Virus record (IMG/VR): IMGVR_UViG_3300029245_000012
Source of the DNA: a virus
Direction: 5' to 3' (one strand)
DNA: 57,549 nucleotides
Part shown: one piece after another, positions 1 through 10,218 of the stretch
How positions within the stretch are numbered: the stretch's first letter is position 1
Layout of the letters: each line of letters opens with the position of its first letter
Program-made: the position numbers and the translations under genes
The notes under the pieces: model-generated
The model's database searches: none
The model's input: only the letters and a program-made list of their open reading frames with translations
What the model was told of the DNA's origin: nothing

Positions 1-99
1 CTAGCTACTCCTTTTCCTTTGGGCTGCTCTCCGCCGCGTCTGCCAGTGTCTCTGCCTTGCCTAGTAAGTAGCCTTTGTCAAACTCTGACATGCTCGGTA
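1..99. repeat. terminal overlap copy 1 (identical to 57451..57549); circular-assembly redundancy
   Basis: Bases 1-99 read identical to 57451-57549. Gene order is continuous across the junction. Confidence 0.9.
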
Positions 100-145
100 A
101 AGTCTCTTTGAGTTTTTCAACTATCTGCTTTTCCTTTTCGCTCAT
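5..145 (-). CDS. small early protein (46 aa), first gene of leftward early operon
   Basis: ATG at 143-145 preceded by an AAAGGAGGTGG RBS. Divergent from the repressor gene. Confidence 0.5.
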   Translation of the reverse strand: MSEKEKQIVEKLKETLPSMSEFDKGYLLGKAETLADAAESSPKEKE

Positions 146-177
146 GTTTCCACCTCCTTTGTTCATCTGATGTACAT

Positions 178-243
178 ATGATAGCACATTAAATCAACAC
201 TGTCAACATATTTGTTGACTTAATGTACATTATGTGGTAATCT
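178..243. promoter_or_regulatory. divergent promoter pair with palindromic operator (lysis/lysogeny switch)
   Basis: Inverted repeat GTCAACA-tatt-TGTTGAC at 202-219. Rightward promoter TTGACT (215-220)-17 nt-TAATCT (238-243). Leftward promoter TTGACA (rc 201-206)-17 nt-TATCAT (rc 178-183). Confidence 0.6.
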
Positions 244-265
244 ATTAAATGAAAGGAGGTACAAT

Positions 266-628
266 ATGAAAGAACGAATTAAGGCAGTGAGAATCAAAGT
301 TGGTAAAAATCAAACGGACTTTGCTCAAAGTATTTCAGTTTCAAGATCAGCTATTTGTAAAATGGAAAGTGGTGAAAATTCCCCATCAGAACAGACAATC
401 AAAATTATATGTAAAGAATATGATGTCAACGAAGAATGGCTGAGAACTGGCGAAGGAGAAATGTTCATACAGAAGAGCAAGGAAGAACAGCTCGGAGAAA
501 TGCTTGCCGAGATCACCAAAGCAGATGATGAGTCTTTCAAAAAAAGATTGATTGTTGCTCTTGCTAACCTTGATGAAAATGGTTGGGATAGCCTTGAAAA
601 ATTGATTGATTCAATTTCAAAGAAATAA
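266..628 (+). CDS. XRE-family HTH repressor (CI-like)
   Basis: N-terminal HTH TDFAQSISVSRSAICKMESGENSPS. GGAGG RBS. Divergent from the early operon. Confidence 0.85.
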   Translation: MKERIKAVRIKVGKNQTDFAQSISVSRSAICKMESGENSPSEQTIKIICKEYDVNEEWLRTGEGEMFIQKSKEEQLGEMLAEITKADDESFKKRLIVALANLDENGWDSLEKLIDSISKK

Positions 629-634
629 AAAACA

Positions 635-675
635 CCCCAAGGAATACCAAATGGTACTTCTTGGGGTTTGTTTTA
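635..675. terminator. Rho-independent terminator after repressor gene
   Basis: CCCCAAG...CTTGGGG stem (635-666) followed by TTTGTTTT. Confidence 0.7.
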
Positions 676-936
676 CTTAATAAGATTCATAACATAAGCA
701 TATAGTATGTTAATTATGCGTTCGTCTGCTATCTTTTGTACTGCATTTGTTATTTCTTTCTTTTTTTCTTCCACAACCTATACCCCCTATACAAATTCGC
801 TATCATTTGTATACTTATATTATATGTGCAAATAAATTAAAATAGAAGTCTAATTTTTTGTCATAATATATGGTAATTTTGGGAAATGCATGGTACTATG
901 GTTGTATTATATACCACATGGGAGAGGTGAATACAA

Positions 937-1608
937 ATGAGTAACTTTTTAATTGTGTTTGGAGCAATAATAATGTTTTTAGGGGCTGGCATATGTGTAG
1001 CATTGACTATAATATTATTATGTAAAAATAAAAAAGCTATGCCATTTATAATAGGCATCTTTGGTTCTATGATTGTTGGCGGAATATTACTTGGAATAGG
1101 TTGCGCGAATCAGCCCGAATCAGGGCATAAAGAAGTTGCATATAACACTACAGAAGCAGAGGTAACTGAAAAACTTACAACCGAAGAGACAACTGAGACA
1201 CCGACCACAGAAGAAGCAACCGAGGAAGAAACAGAAACCGCTACCGAAGAGGTTAATGCAACGGATATTTCAGATATGCAGTTTCAGTCTTATTGGGACA
1301 TGGCAAAAGAAACTGTTGAAAGTTGCTTGAAAAATCCTAAGTCAGCAGATTTTCCATCTTCTGTTTTTAGTCAGAGTGATATTGCAATGGAAAGAAAAGG
1401 GCACCTTGTTGTAGTTCAAAGTTATGTGTATAGCACAAATTCATTTGGAGCTGAGGTTAAAAGTGATTTTACTGTAGAAATGTTAGTATATGATACTGAC
1501 AATTTTATATATGATGTTGTCTATCTCAATATTGATGGAGAGACAAGTGGAGAATATGTGAGTCTTGACGAATGGGATGAATCAAATACAAGCGGAGAAA
1601 GTGAGTAA
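937..1608 (+). CDS. membrane-anchored protein with acidic T/E-rich linker (moron; possible superinfection-exclusion type)
   Basis: Two N-terminal hydrophobic helices, a TEE/TTE-rich linker and a globular C-terminus. One of very few plus-strand genes. Sits next to the repressor. Confidence 0.7.
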   Translation: MSNFLIVFGAIIMFLGAGICVALTIILLCKNKKAMPFIIGIFGSMIVGGILLGIGCANQPESGHKEVAYNTTEAEVTEKLTTEETTETPTTEEATEEETETATEEVNATDISDMQFQSYWDMAKETVESCLKNPKSADFPSSVFSQSDIAMERKGHLVVVQSYVYSTNSFGAEVKSDFTVEMLVYDTDNFIYDVVYLNIDGETSGEYVSLDEWDESNTSGESE

Positions 1609-1627
1609 TCACAATCTCCGCTTTGTT

Positions 1628-2125
1628 TTATAAAACAATTTCTCTGATTGCAAGCCAGTTAACTCTCACGCGCCACCCTGAACCATCTGTAGTTCCGTTC
1701 ATTTCAAGCTCGACCTCTTGATCCTTGTCCGAGTCCTCGAATGAATAATAAGGGCCATTCAACATTGTAACCGCATCAGCACTTGTGCGAACATTAACAA
1801 AAGCCAACGACAGGAAAAGGAAATTTGTTCCACCAGGAATTGTTATCTTCTTTTTAATTTCTTGATATTTTCCTTTAAGGCTATCTCCACTTTTAAATTC
1901 AAAATCCACATATCCTTTTTTTAAAATAGTTATTCCTGTGTTCATGTTATTAATCACGGTATTAGTGCTATTTATATCTCCTGCACCAAAGTTATCACCT
2001 GTTTGCTGGTATTCAGTTACATCTTCAAAGCTAACCGTTCCATCATCATTAGTAATCATATTGTACTTACGTTTTGTGTTAGATGCAGCAAGTACATCCT
2101 CTTTATAATTTGTTTTTAAAACCAT
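1628..2125 (-). CDS. tail-fiber-module protein, function unknown
   Basis: 165-aa ORF, last gene of the late operon, tightly packed behind the fiber genes. Confidence 0.6.
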   Translation of the reverse strand: MVLKTNYKEDVLAASNTKRKYNMITNDDGTVSFEDVTEYQQTGDNFGAGDINSTNTVINNMNTGITILKKGYVDFEFKSGDSLKGKYQEIKKKITIPGGTNFLFLSLAFVNVRTSADAVTMLNGPYYSFEDSDKDQEVELEMNGTTDGSGWRVRVNWLAIREIVL

Positions 2126-2137
2126 CTTAATCTCTCC

Positions 2138-2539
2138 TTATATCCTTATATCCTTGTATGCACCTAGTTTAAATGGTATACGTCTAGGCTTAATACTGTC
2201 TAAAGCATCTTTAATAAGTTGGCAAGCTGTTTCCAGTCTGTTCATTTCCTCTGAGCTAATAAAAGCCCCGTTATCGTAAAACGTCTGCTTGGCACCGATG
2301 TCTTGTGGATATACTACGCTGTTAATCTGTGCAATGTTGTTTTCAAATGCGTTAAATTCGTCTGCGTAATAAAAATCTGTGTATGTCTTATCAATACCCA
2401 TGGCTTGATAACCTGCAACTGGTCCACACAAATCTTCGGCTCTTTGTTTTAAATATTCTATGTTATTTTTTATTCTGTTGTAATCCGTCCATATAACTGC
2501 GTCACCGCTTCTCCAGTCGGTTTTAGGTTCATTCCACAA
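2138..2539 (-). CDS. tail-fiber-module protein, function unknown
   Basis: 133-aa ORF. Its start abuts the stop of 2540..3586. Confidence 0.6.
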   Translation of the reverse strand: MWNEPKTDWRSGDAVIWTDYNRIKNNIEYLKQRAEDLCGPVAGYQAMGIDKTYTDFYYADEFNAFENNIAQINSVVYPQDIGAKQTFYDNGAFISSEEMNRLETACQLIKDALDSIKPRRIPFKLGAYKDIRI

Positions 2540-3586
2540 CTATTCCACCACCTTTCTAGCACTAAGCTTTCCACTCCATGCACCATTAAATGAAAGTTCG
2601 TTTTGATATGTTTTGATTTTTATTTTGTCGCCATTCGACTTGACCATGTTAAATAAATCTCCAGCATCTATGCTAGGGTCTCCACGCCAACTTATTGAAT
2701 AATCAACTGCACCTAGGTAATAATTCGCCAGCCAATCATCAAGCAAACTAGCTACTTCTGTGTTATCAACAATTGGGTTGTTCCAATTAACTGTTTTGGC
2801 TCCGTTGTTATTGTATCTATGGGTTAATCCTTTAGTGTCGACAACATACTCATATCCACTGACTGTATACGTAAGTGTTGTATCTTTTTCAGTTAGACCA
2901 TCAAATTGTAGCATGCAGTAATATGCACCGCTCTCTGTAACTGTGACTGTCACATTACTTGCATCGGTAACGGCAGTATAGCCATGACTAGGTGTAGTTA
3001 TATCGACTTTTACAACATTATCGTTTGAATTGACAGTAATTTTTTCAGACACCAGTTCTTTTTTCTCAGTGCCGGGCTTATATGTCTGTTTTTGAACAGT
3101 AATTGACTTTAGCTTATCTTGCATCGTAATGGTCGGTGCATCAAACATATCATCTTTGGACAGTTCATAGTCGGTTGCATCACCAATTCCGATATAGTCA
3201 ACCGATATTCTTGCGTATGGTTCAGCTTTTGTAAACTCTATAACAACTTTGTTCGCAGAGCCATAACGATTGTAGTCTGCCCAGTTAAGGCTATCTACAT
3301 CGGTGATAATAACATTATCAACAAGCGTATCATTATCATAAGTTTTTATAATAAATTCAAGTGGTTTGCAATTTCTAAAATTAATTATAATGCCATACCA
3401 ACTGTAAGATATGTTAAGACTAAGCGTAATTATTGGATTAATAGTAAATGTTCCATTACTATTGGCTACTTGTTGGCTAACATATCCAGTTAATTTATAT
3501 TCATTTTTCTGTCTCGGCAAAAAACATAGATTTTCGCTATTAAGTCGTGAAAACCCGGTACTGCACATTGCGTAAGCTGTTTTCAT
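2540..3586 (-). CDS. tail/baseplate structural protein (putative receptor-binding module)
   Basis: 348-aa ORF in the distal tail module. Confidence 0.55.
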   Translation of the reverse strand: MKTAYAMCSTGFSRLNSENLCFLPRQKNEYKLTGYVSQQVANSNGTFTINPIITLSLNISYSWYGIIINFRNCKPLEFIIKTYDNDTLVDNVIITDVDSLNWADYNRYGSANKVVIEFTKAEPYARISVDYIGIGDATDYELSKDDMFDAPTITMQDKLKSITVQKQTYKPGTEKKELVSEKITVNSNDNVVKVDITTPSHGYTAVTDASNVTVTVTESGAYYCMLQFDGLTEKDTTLTYTVSGYEYVVDTKGLTHRYNNNGAKTVNWNNPIVDNTEVASLLDDWLANYYLGAVDYSISWRGDPSIDAGDLFNMVKSNGDKIKIKTYQNELSFNGAWSGKLSARKVVE

Positions 3587-3599
3587 GCTCTGCCCTCAC

Positions 3600-4070
3600 T
3601 TACTCAAGTGATATAGTCATCGTGAACGTGTGCTTCTCTCCCGGCTGTAATGTGACCGGCTCTGGGAGTACATCACGTGCAATCAATATGCTAAATCCTG
3701 ATAACCCTAATACTAATCCCTGTTCTTTAATTGTAAGACCGCTTTCACCTGCCTGAATAACACGACTGTATATCACTGCTTCCTTGCCATACTCACCTGA
3801 TGGGGTCTTGGTCGATGATAGCACCGTGTAATCAGTGGTCAATTCCGCTAACTTATAATCTTCTGGGCTTTCCGGGGTGTCGCCAGTTCCAAGCAATAGT
3901 CTGTTTGCCTGATCTGAGAATGTATAATCCTTACCGCCATCAGCGTCATATTTCCAATAAGTAATAGCCTCATAAGCACTTTTACTTTGGTAATCTCCTG
4001 ATGTCAAACGATAAGGAGATCCCCCATTAAATAAAGCTCTTATACCTGTCATAAAGTTATATGTTATCAT
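3600..4070 (-). CDS. tail-module protein, function unknown
   Basis: 156-aa ORF with a GGAGGGATT RBS. Confidence 0.6.
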   Translation of the reverse strand: MITYNFMTGIRALFNGGSPYRLTSGDYQSKSAYEAITYWKYDADGGKDYTFSDQANRLLLGTGDTPESPEDYKLAELTTDYTVLSSTKTPSGEYGKEAVIYSRVIQAGESGLTIKEQGLVLGLSGFSILIARDVLPEPVTLQPGEKHTFTMTISLE

Positions 4071-4081
4071 TTAATCCCTCC

Positions 4082-4450
4082 TCACTCTGTATATGGTGCA
4101 TGTGCGGCTATTGTCTTTATAGCTGCACAATTTGATGTTGTCGTTGTTGTTCCAATTACTTGTGTTAGATTAACACCTGTTTGTATCTTTCCAACATTCT
4201 CCGCCATGATGTCAAAACTATCTGTCGCCTCTGTTGCTACGCCCTTATCAGTGATAGCACTGGCGACTTTAGACTTGCCATCACTGACAGATTTTTTTAC
4301 TTCTGCAACTTCATCTGATATTGTTTTTATACTTTTGTCTATCTTGTCCATGTCTCCTGTGTAATCTGTTCTCCAATCTGGGATATCATCATTACCGAAT
4401 TGGCATAATCCGAGATTTTCTGTTTTATTTTGTGATGCCAAAAAAATCAC
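4082..4450 (-). CDS. fiber-like protein (N-terminal fiber-type motif)
   Basis: NLGLCQFGNDDIPDWRTDYTGDMDKID resembles prophage fiber N-termini. The start may instead be the TTG at 4441. Confidence 0.5.
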   Translation of the reverse strand: MIFLASQNKTENLGLCQFGNDDIPDWRTDYTGDMDKIDKSIKTISDEVAEVKKSVSDGKSKVASAITDKGVATEATDSFDIMAENVGKIQTGVNLTQVIGTTTTTSNCAAIKTIAAHAPYTE

Positions 4451-4457
4451 CTCTCTA

Positions 4458-5750
4458 TTATTTAAATTTGAATTTGGCTTGTGTGGCGTATTCGTAAGCT
4501 GTTAATTGGTATGTATCATACTTGCTTGCTGTCAGTCTCAACATTGCGTATTGTTTAGCTGTCAATGCTCCGTCATCGTCATGTAACACACTTCCTATAT
4601 TGCTATAATCCAACTGTCCATTTGATGATATTGTTTTTGTGGGTGTAATTGCGGATTGTATATGAAGCCTATTATGCCTATCAACAGACAAAGTACATCT
4701 ACCGGCATTAGCAATAATTTGCAAACACTCCGCATGTGTAGCAACTGGTAACGGATTATGCGTTACAGTATTTTTAAGAAAATCATCAAGAAAATAGTTA
4801 CTACTGTCTGTAATTCCTGCATCCGCCAATACTAGCAATGCCAAATCGTACAAGGTTATTCCGTTTTCATAATATTGACCTTTATAGTATTGCCCGGTTA
4901 GCAATGTGAATCTATCTGTAGCATTAAATGTTGCTTCTCTACTATTGGCAGACCATGCAGATAGATATGTAGTTTGCTCTGGTAGCCATTCAATGTTGCC
5001 CTGTCCGGTTACGTCATAACCAAACTGTACTTTAACCTCTTGACCGATTTCCATATACTGTATTGCGCTATCTGGATTGTCTGGATCGTAGTATTGATCT
5101 TGATTGTCAACTTTAATCATAACGTCCATTGATGGGATAGTTTCTGCTATTGGAGATACATATTCTTTGCTACTGTAGCCCATTACCTCTTCATTGGTAA
5201 ATGTTTTTGCAAGACCACACTTGAATGAGTATATCCTTAATCTGTTCTGTCCATAACGCATTTGAGTTGGTTCGATTGTTATAAAAGTTACGCCTGCAAA
5301 AACATCTTCCGTTATCCATACTTCATCAGCGTTTCTATAATGACTTGTGCCATTATTAGTAATAACATCAAATTCAGTCGGGTAGCATTTTCCAAAATTG
5401 ATAGTTAAACCCTTAATAGTATGTGGATTAGCAAATATCATTGTAACTATCCCTGTAATATCCGCAGTTACAATACCATTGTTATAGTAATCAGTACCTG
5501 TTCTAGGCAAGAAAAAAGCATTGCCATCAAGGACAGCGACGCCAGGTTCTGCTGTAGCATATATTCTAGTTACTTCTTCACCGTCAAAAGGAGCAGTGTC
5601 GTTAGAATATGCCACTGTTTGTATTTGCTTATCTAGTTTTATCTCATTCTGAGCTTGAGAATTTATAAGTCCTATTGTTGCCCTAATGTAACCCCTATTG
5701 CGGTTCATGGACTTCATAGATTCCTTGTATTCATTGCTTACGTTCTGCAT
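4458..5750 (-). CDS. tail-associated (Tal-like / minor structural) protein
   Basis: 430 aa, directly downstream of the Dit-like gene. The MQNVSNEYKESMKS...NRNRGYI N-terminus is typical of siphophage tail-tip proteins. Confidence 0.55.
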   Translation of the reverse strand: MQNVSNEYKESMKSMNRNRGYIRATIGLINSQAQNEIKLDKQIQTVAYSNDTAPFDGEEVTRIYATAEPGVAVLDGNAFFLPRTGTDYYNNGIVTADITGIVTMIFANPHTIKGLTINFGKCYPTEFDVITNNGTSHYRNADEVWITEDVFAGVTFITIEPTQMRYGQNRLRIYSFKCGLAKTFTNEEVMGYSSKEYVSPIAETIPSMDVMIKVDNQDQYYDPDNPDSAIQYMEIGQEVKVQFGYDVTGQGNIEWLPEQTTYLSAWSANSREATFNATDRFTLLTGQYYKGQYYENGITLYDLALLVLADAGITDSSNYFLDDFLKNTVTHNPLPVATHAECLQIIANAGRCTLSVDRHNRLHIQSAITPTKTISSNGQLDYSNIGSVLHDDDGALTAKQYAMLRLTASKYDTYQLTAYEYATQAKFKFK

Positions 5751-5754
5751 TGCA

Positions 5755-6144
5755 TCACCTACCAGTGTCTATAAGATTAAATTGGCAGTTACGATATTTA
5801 GTTACTATGTGTGATTTTGGACTGGCGAACAATGGTTCTGCTGTCCTGTCGCCTGGATACATTATGATTGTTATCGGTTTGCCTGTACGGTAATCTTCAA
5901 ATGTTACTGGAATATAAAATGGTTCAACCGCTTTTAACATTGCTTGCCAAATTTTGGGTTCAAGGCCGACCCATTTCATGTTATCCAACTTGTATAAGTC
6001 TCTGCCAATCCTTTGACCGATAGTTACATTGTTAGCATTACGTCCAGCATTAACTGTCGTTGTAATAGTATAAGTAAAGCCAACGGCGGGACATGGAAAG
6101 TCCACACCGTTGACATTTAAAAAACTTGATAATCCTTGTGCCAT
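5755..6144 (-). CDS. distal tail protein-like (short)
   Basis: ATG at 6142-6144 with an AGGTGA RBS, just after the tape-measure stop. Call rests on position after the TMP. Confidence 0.45.
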   Translation of the reverse strand: MAQGLSSFLNVNGVDFPCPAVGFTYTITTTVNAGRNANNVTIGQRIGRDLYKLDNMKWVGLEPKIWQAMLKAVEPFYIPVTFEDYRTGKPITIIMYPGDRTAEPLFASPKSHIVTKYRNCQFNLIDTGR

Positions 6145-6154
6145 ATTATCACCT

Positions 6155-9100
6155 CTATGCTGTTGTAAATTGATGACCGTTACGTGATCTACGCCTATCC
6201 GTTTCACTGACAAGGGTTCGACCATCAATATTGATAGATGTATCTTTATCGGCGGTTTCCCTTGTATTCCGGGCAATTTGGGAAAGATAAGGTGCGAGAA
6301 CATCATCAACCGCTTGTTTAACTCCGCTTGCTATACCGGCAGTAATCTGTTCATTGTTTGCAACTACAGATTTTCCATTGTCAAACTTACCCATTATCTC
6401 GCCTTGATTTGCCCTAAACCAACCATCTTCGGGGAATCCACCAGTCGCATACGTAGGCATGAAGCTAAACGAACCAGACATAGCCTCTTTAATTGGATCT
6501 GGTGCATTTTTGATTCGGAACTTAATTTCCTTATTAGACATACCCATATATATTTGACTTGCAGCATTCTCACCAAGTTTTTTTAAACTCTCGTCTGTCT
6601 GTGTCTTGATGTTGTACTGTACGCTTTTTCCGGTAAAGTTTTTTTGTAATGTGTCGTTAATTGACTTAACCGCACTACCACTAGTTGTTGGAGTGCCATT
6701 AACGGCAGTTGCAGCATTATACTTAACCGTTTTGCTTTTCCAATATCGGCTAAAAACACTAGCTATGTTGGCAAGTTTTTCTCCTGTTGTAGCATTTTGC
6801 CCATTTATTGTGGTCTGTGCATTGTATTTAGCCGTTTTATTTTTCCATGTTGACGACCATCTGTTAACTATTCCAGACAAAATATTATTACTTGATGTTA
6901 GTTGCCCATTTGTGGCGGTTTGTGCATCGTACCTAGCGTTCTTGCCTCTCCAAGTATCGGACCATAATTTTCCTATATTTCTTATGGTCGCTACGTTGTC
7001 TGTCTTATTATCATTTACTGACGTGTCTACGTTGTAATCAACGTTTTTTCCATCAAAAATTGAGATTGCTCCGCGAACTGATTTATTCAGCTTTTTATAG
7101 TCTTTATCAGTCTTTCTGTTGGTGGTCGTATCAATATTAAACTTGTTACTTATGATTCCTGATAATCCAACTATAGGGCTTGTTTTCATTCCGAATTTTG
7201 CAACGCTGCTTAATTTGTCTGTAATTTTCTTGAGATAATCCCAAAGTGTTTTCAATTTTTCAGTAATTGAGTTCAAAATAAGCTTAATAATATCCCATGC
7301 AATTTGGACTTTTGCACTTATATCCGCAATTTTTTTAACAATCCAGTTACCAATTAATTGCCGAATAACTGAACTAATTGCTGATGCAACAGACAATATA
7401 GGCGAAAGCACAGTTTTTATCGAATTTAATGCCGGAGAAATTTTTCCACCTATTGCGCCGGCAACTTTTGAAATAACCGAATAAATCGTACTCAATAAAT
7501 TTGAGACTGTGCTTAATGCAGGTTTTAATACTGTTAGAACCTTATCTGTATATGGGGACAATTTGCTCACACCAGATTTAATCTTGTTGATTATGTCAAC
7601 AATTAAATTCATTGGTGCAATAATATATTCAAGTGCTTTTTTTATGCCCTTGAATAATTTGGAATTGGATATTTTGCTATATGAGCCTTCTCCAAATACT
7701 TTATCAATTATTGCTTGGCCTACACCTTCATAAATTTGCAATGGTATTTTAGGAATTTCTTTTGCCATAGTGGCAATTAGTGAGCCTAAATTCCAAACAA
7801 GATTTCCCCAGTTGATACCGCAAATAAAATCAACAACTTTTTGCCCTAATTTTTGCCAAAGATTATCCTTATTTGCGGTATCAAAAGCACTAACAACATA
7901 TTTACATATGCCTATAGCAAAATTAGACAATGTTGCTCCTGTAAGTCCAGCGTCCCAGGTATTGAGAAATCCAGTTATTGAAGATATAAGCGATTTACCC
8001 AAGTTTTTCCAATCAAAATTGATTGCAAAAGTATTTCCAGCAGTAAGTGCTGTATTTATTGCGCCGGCAATTGTTGAACCAAGATTAGAGAACAATCTCG
8101 GAGTAATGAGGCCATTCAAGAAGTCGGCAAGTCCTTTGCCAAAATTTTTTGCCTTTTTGTATACCTTATTCCACTTAATAGATTCCATTGCCTTAGACAA
8201 ACTATCACTGATATATTTGCCTAATTGGTTAAGATTCTTGATACTGGATTTATAAAGCCCCTCTGTTTCTTTTATTTGGTATTTAAGTCCATTGTTGCCA
8301 CCAGCACCGCTTACACCAGTGCCACCACCAGAACCACCACCACCGTTTGTGCCTGTGTCTTTATCCGGTTCAACAACATTTAACTCATCAATACCAAGAA
8401 GATGTGTTTTTAAATCTTTGGCCGCTTTAGCGGCTTTTTTAGTTCCACTTGCCATATCATCAGCAGCACCAGCAGCACCTTCAAAATCATCAGATATAGA
8501 ACCCTTTTGTATCTCTAGTTTCCATCCAAAGATTGCACCAAGGGCATTTACTACCTTTTCGGAAAAAGTGTAAACCGCCGATAAAGCCTTATTAAGTGCC
8601 TGTACAAGCGGTTTTAACATATTGACAAATGCATTACCCCAAACACCTGCAACTGCCTTTATTTGCTCCTGTAAGATACGTAACTGGTTAGCCCATGTCT
8701 GACTTGTACGTGCAAAATCCCCTTGTACATTCTTGGTGTTATCCATGACGTACTGATATCTCAGCATTGTTTTTTCTAGCTGAGTCATAGAGGATATGTT
8801 GGCGTCAAGACCTTTTTTCATCGCATACTCTTTGAGGGTTGCGTTAGTAAGGTCAATACCAAAAGCTCGCATAGGCTCTGTTTCGCCTGTAAAGATTGAC
8901 CACAACTTACGTGAGCTTTCTTCCTGTGAAATGTTGTAGAATGAAGCTAAGTCGGCTGACAGTGCAGTAAGTTGTATCGACATATCAGACATATCTTTAA
9001 CAGGGGCTCCCATTGCGAGTCCCATAGCTTGAAATCTACCAGCTGTCTGTTTTGCAGACAATTCTGACATTCCATACGTCTTTATTGACGTCTTAGAAAA

Positions 9101-10159
9101 TTGCTCTAATTTGTCTGTGTATTGGCCAAAAGTATTAACAACAACATTCTGCACCTCAGTAAGATCAGATGAAATGTCTATGGCTTTTTTGAATCCACTC
9201 AAAACCCTTTGTGCTGCCCAAAATGCCGCATATAGTTTTCCGACTGCTGAAGCAAGGCTCCATATATGTTTTCTAGCGCTTTTAGCACTGCTGCTCATGC
9301 CGGCAAAACTGTTTTGTATGCCTCTGCTTGCACTTGCCGTTCTACTTCCTTGCGCTGCCAGATTTGCAAGCGCATGAGTCATTTGTATTACATTTTGTGA
9401 CACTTGTGGTGCAGTCGCCATAACTTGCATAAACTTCTTAAGTTCTGCTGCAAGTGCCCCTAGTCCACCTGCTGTTTGTGTGGCTTTTGCACCTACTGAC
9501 GCAAGATTGCCAAGTGCAGTGGTCATCTGTATTGTTCCAGCGGATAATTGTGGTGCAAGCGCCATAGTATTAAACAGATTGCGAAGCGTCACAGATAATT
9601 GCGGTAATGTTGTTGCTACAACGCCTGCTTTTTGTCCGGCATTGGCAAGTCTACCAACTGCATTGGTAAGCTGAATTACATTTGTGCTAACGTTCTGGGC
9701 GCCTTGTAACGTGCTAGATAAGCTTACAATCGCATTTCCAAGCTGACCTATGGCATTTGTATTCATGCCGTTAATGTTCGAGTTAGACAGCCTTGTAATG
9801 GAATTAATGAAGTTCGTAAGGCCCTTGTTGCTGAACTGCATGTTCCCCAGTACTGATATACTAGAGGCAAGTGGGCTTATGCTATTTGCAACCGCTGTAA
9901 GTTTTCCACTATTAATGTTTTCAAATTGCTTTATACCCTTGGCAGCTCTGTTAAAATCAGGCATTTTTACATTTTTTATTGCATTCATGCCCTGTGCAAG
10001 CTGGTTCATGCCTTGTGCAAATTTAGCTATACCATTACTATCAATTCCTTGTAATGTCTTAGATAGTGTGCCGAGCTTATTTGACAGTTTATCTACTGCA
10101 TTAACCGCCTGTGTCGCACTTACATGTATCTTAACTTCAAGATTATCTACTGTTGCCAT
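6155..10159 (-). CDS. tape measure protein
   Basis: 1334 aa with repetitive A/G/N/S-rich helical segments. Position after the chaperone genes. Confidence 0.9.
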   Translation of the reverse strand: MATVDNLEVKIHVSATQAVNAVDKLSNKLGTLSKTLQGIDSNGIAKFAQGMNQLAQGMNAIKNVKMPDFNRAAKGIKQFENINSGKLTAVANSISPLASSISVLGNMQFSNKGLTNFINSITRLSNSNINGMNTNAIGQLGNAIVSLSSTLQGAQNVSTNVIQLTNAVGRLANAGQKAGVVATTLPQLSVTLRNLFNTMALAPQLSAGTIQMTTALGNLASVGAKATQTAGGLGALAAELKKFMQVMATAPQVSQNVIQMTHALANLAAQGSRTASASRGIQNSFAGMSSSAKSARKHIWSLASAVGKLYAAFWAAQRVLSGFKKAIDISSDLTEVQNVVVNTFGQYTDKLEQFSKTSIKTYGMSELSAKQTAGRFQAMGLAMGAPVKDMSDMSIQLTALSADLASFYNISQEESSRKLWSIFTGETEPMRAFGIDLTNATLKEYAMKKGLDANISSMTQLEKTMLRYQYVMDNTKNVQGDFARTSQTWANQLRILQEQIKAVAGVWGNAFVNMLKPLVQALNKALSAVYTFSEKVVNALGAIFGWKLEIQKGSISDDFEGAAGAADDMASGTKKAAKAAKDLKTHLLGIDELNVVEPDKDTGTNGGGGSGGGTGVSGAGGNNGLKYQIKETEGLYKSSIKNLNQLGKYISDSLSKAMESIKWNKVYKKAKNFGKGLADFLNGLITPRLFSNLGSTIAGAINTALTAGNTFAINFDWKNLGKSLISSITGFLNTWDAGLTGATLSNFAIGICKYVVSAFDTANKDNLWQKLGQKVVDFICGINWGNLVWNLGSLIATMAKEIPKIPLQIYEGVGQAIIDKVFGEGSYSKISNSKLFKGIKKALEYIIAPMNLIVDIINKIKSGVSKLSPYTDKVLTVLKPALSTVSNLLSTIYSVISKVAGAIGGKISPALNSIKTVLSPILSVASAISSVIRQLIGNWIVKKIADISAKVQIAWDIIKLILNSITEKLKTLWDYLKKITDKLSSVAKFGMKTSPIVGLSGIISNKFNIDTTTNRKTDKDYKKLNKSVRGAISIFDGKNVDYNVDTSVNDNKTDNVATIRNIGKLWSDTWRGKNARYDAQTATNGQLTSSNNILSGIVNRWSSTWKNKTAKYNAQTTINGQNATTGEKLANIASVFSRYWKSKTVKYNAATAVNGTPTTSGSAVKSINDTLQKNFTGKSVQYNIKTQTDESLKKLGENAASQIYMGMSNKEIKFRIKNAPDPIKEAMSGSFSFMPTYATGGFPEDGWFRANQGEIMGKFDNGKSVVANNEQITAGIASGVKQAVDDVLAPYLSQIARNTRETADKDTSINIDGRTLVSETDRRRSRNGHQFTTA

Positions 10160-10184
10160 GTTTCGTTCACCGCCTTGTTATAAT

Positions 10185-10218
10185 AAAAAAGACGGCAAAA
10201 ACATCAGTCCTTGCCGTC
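10185..10218 (-). terminator. hairpin plus T-run between chaperone T-segment and tape measure gene
   Basis: Minus sense reads GACGGCAA-12 nt-TTGCCGTC followed by TTTTTTATT. It overlaps the last codons of ORF 10204..10536. Confidence 0.5.
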
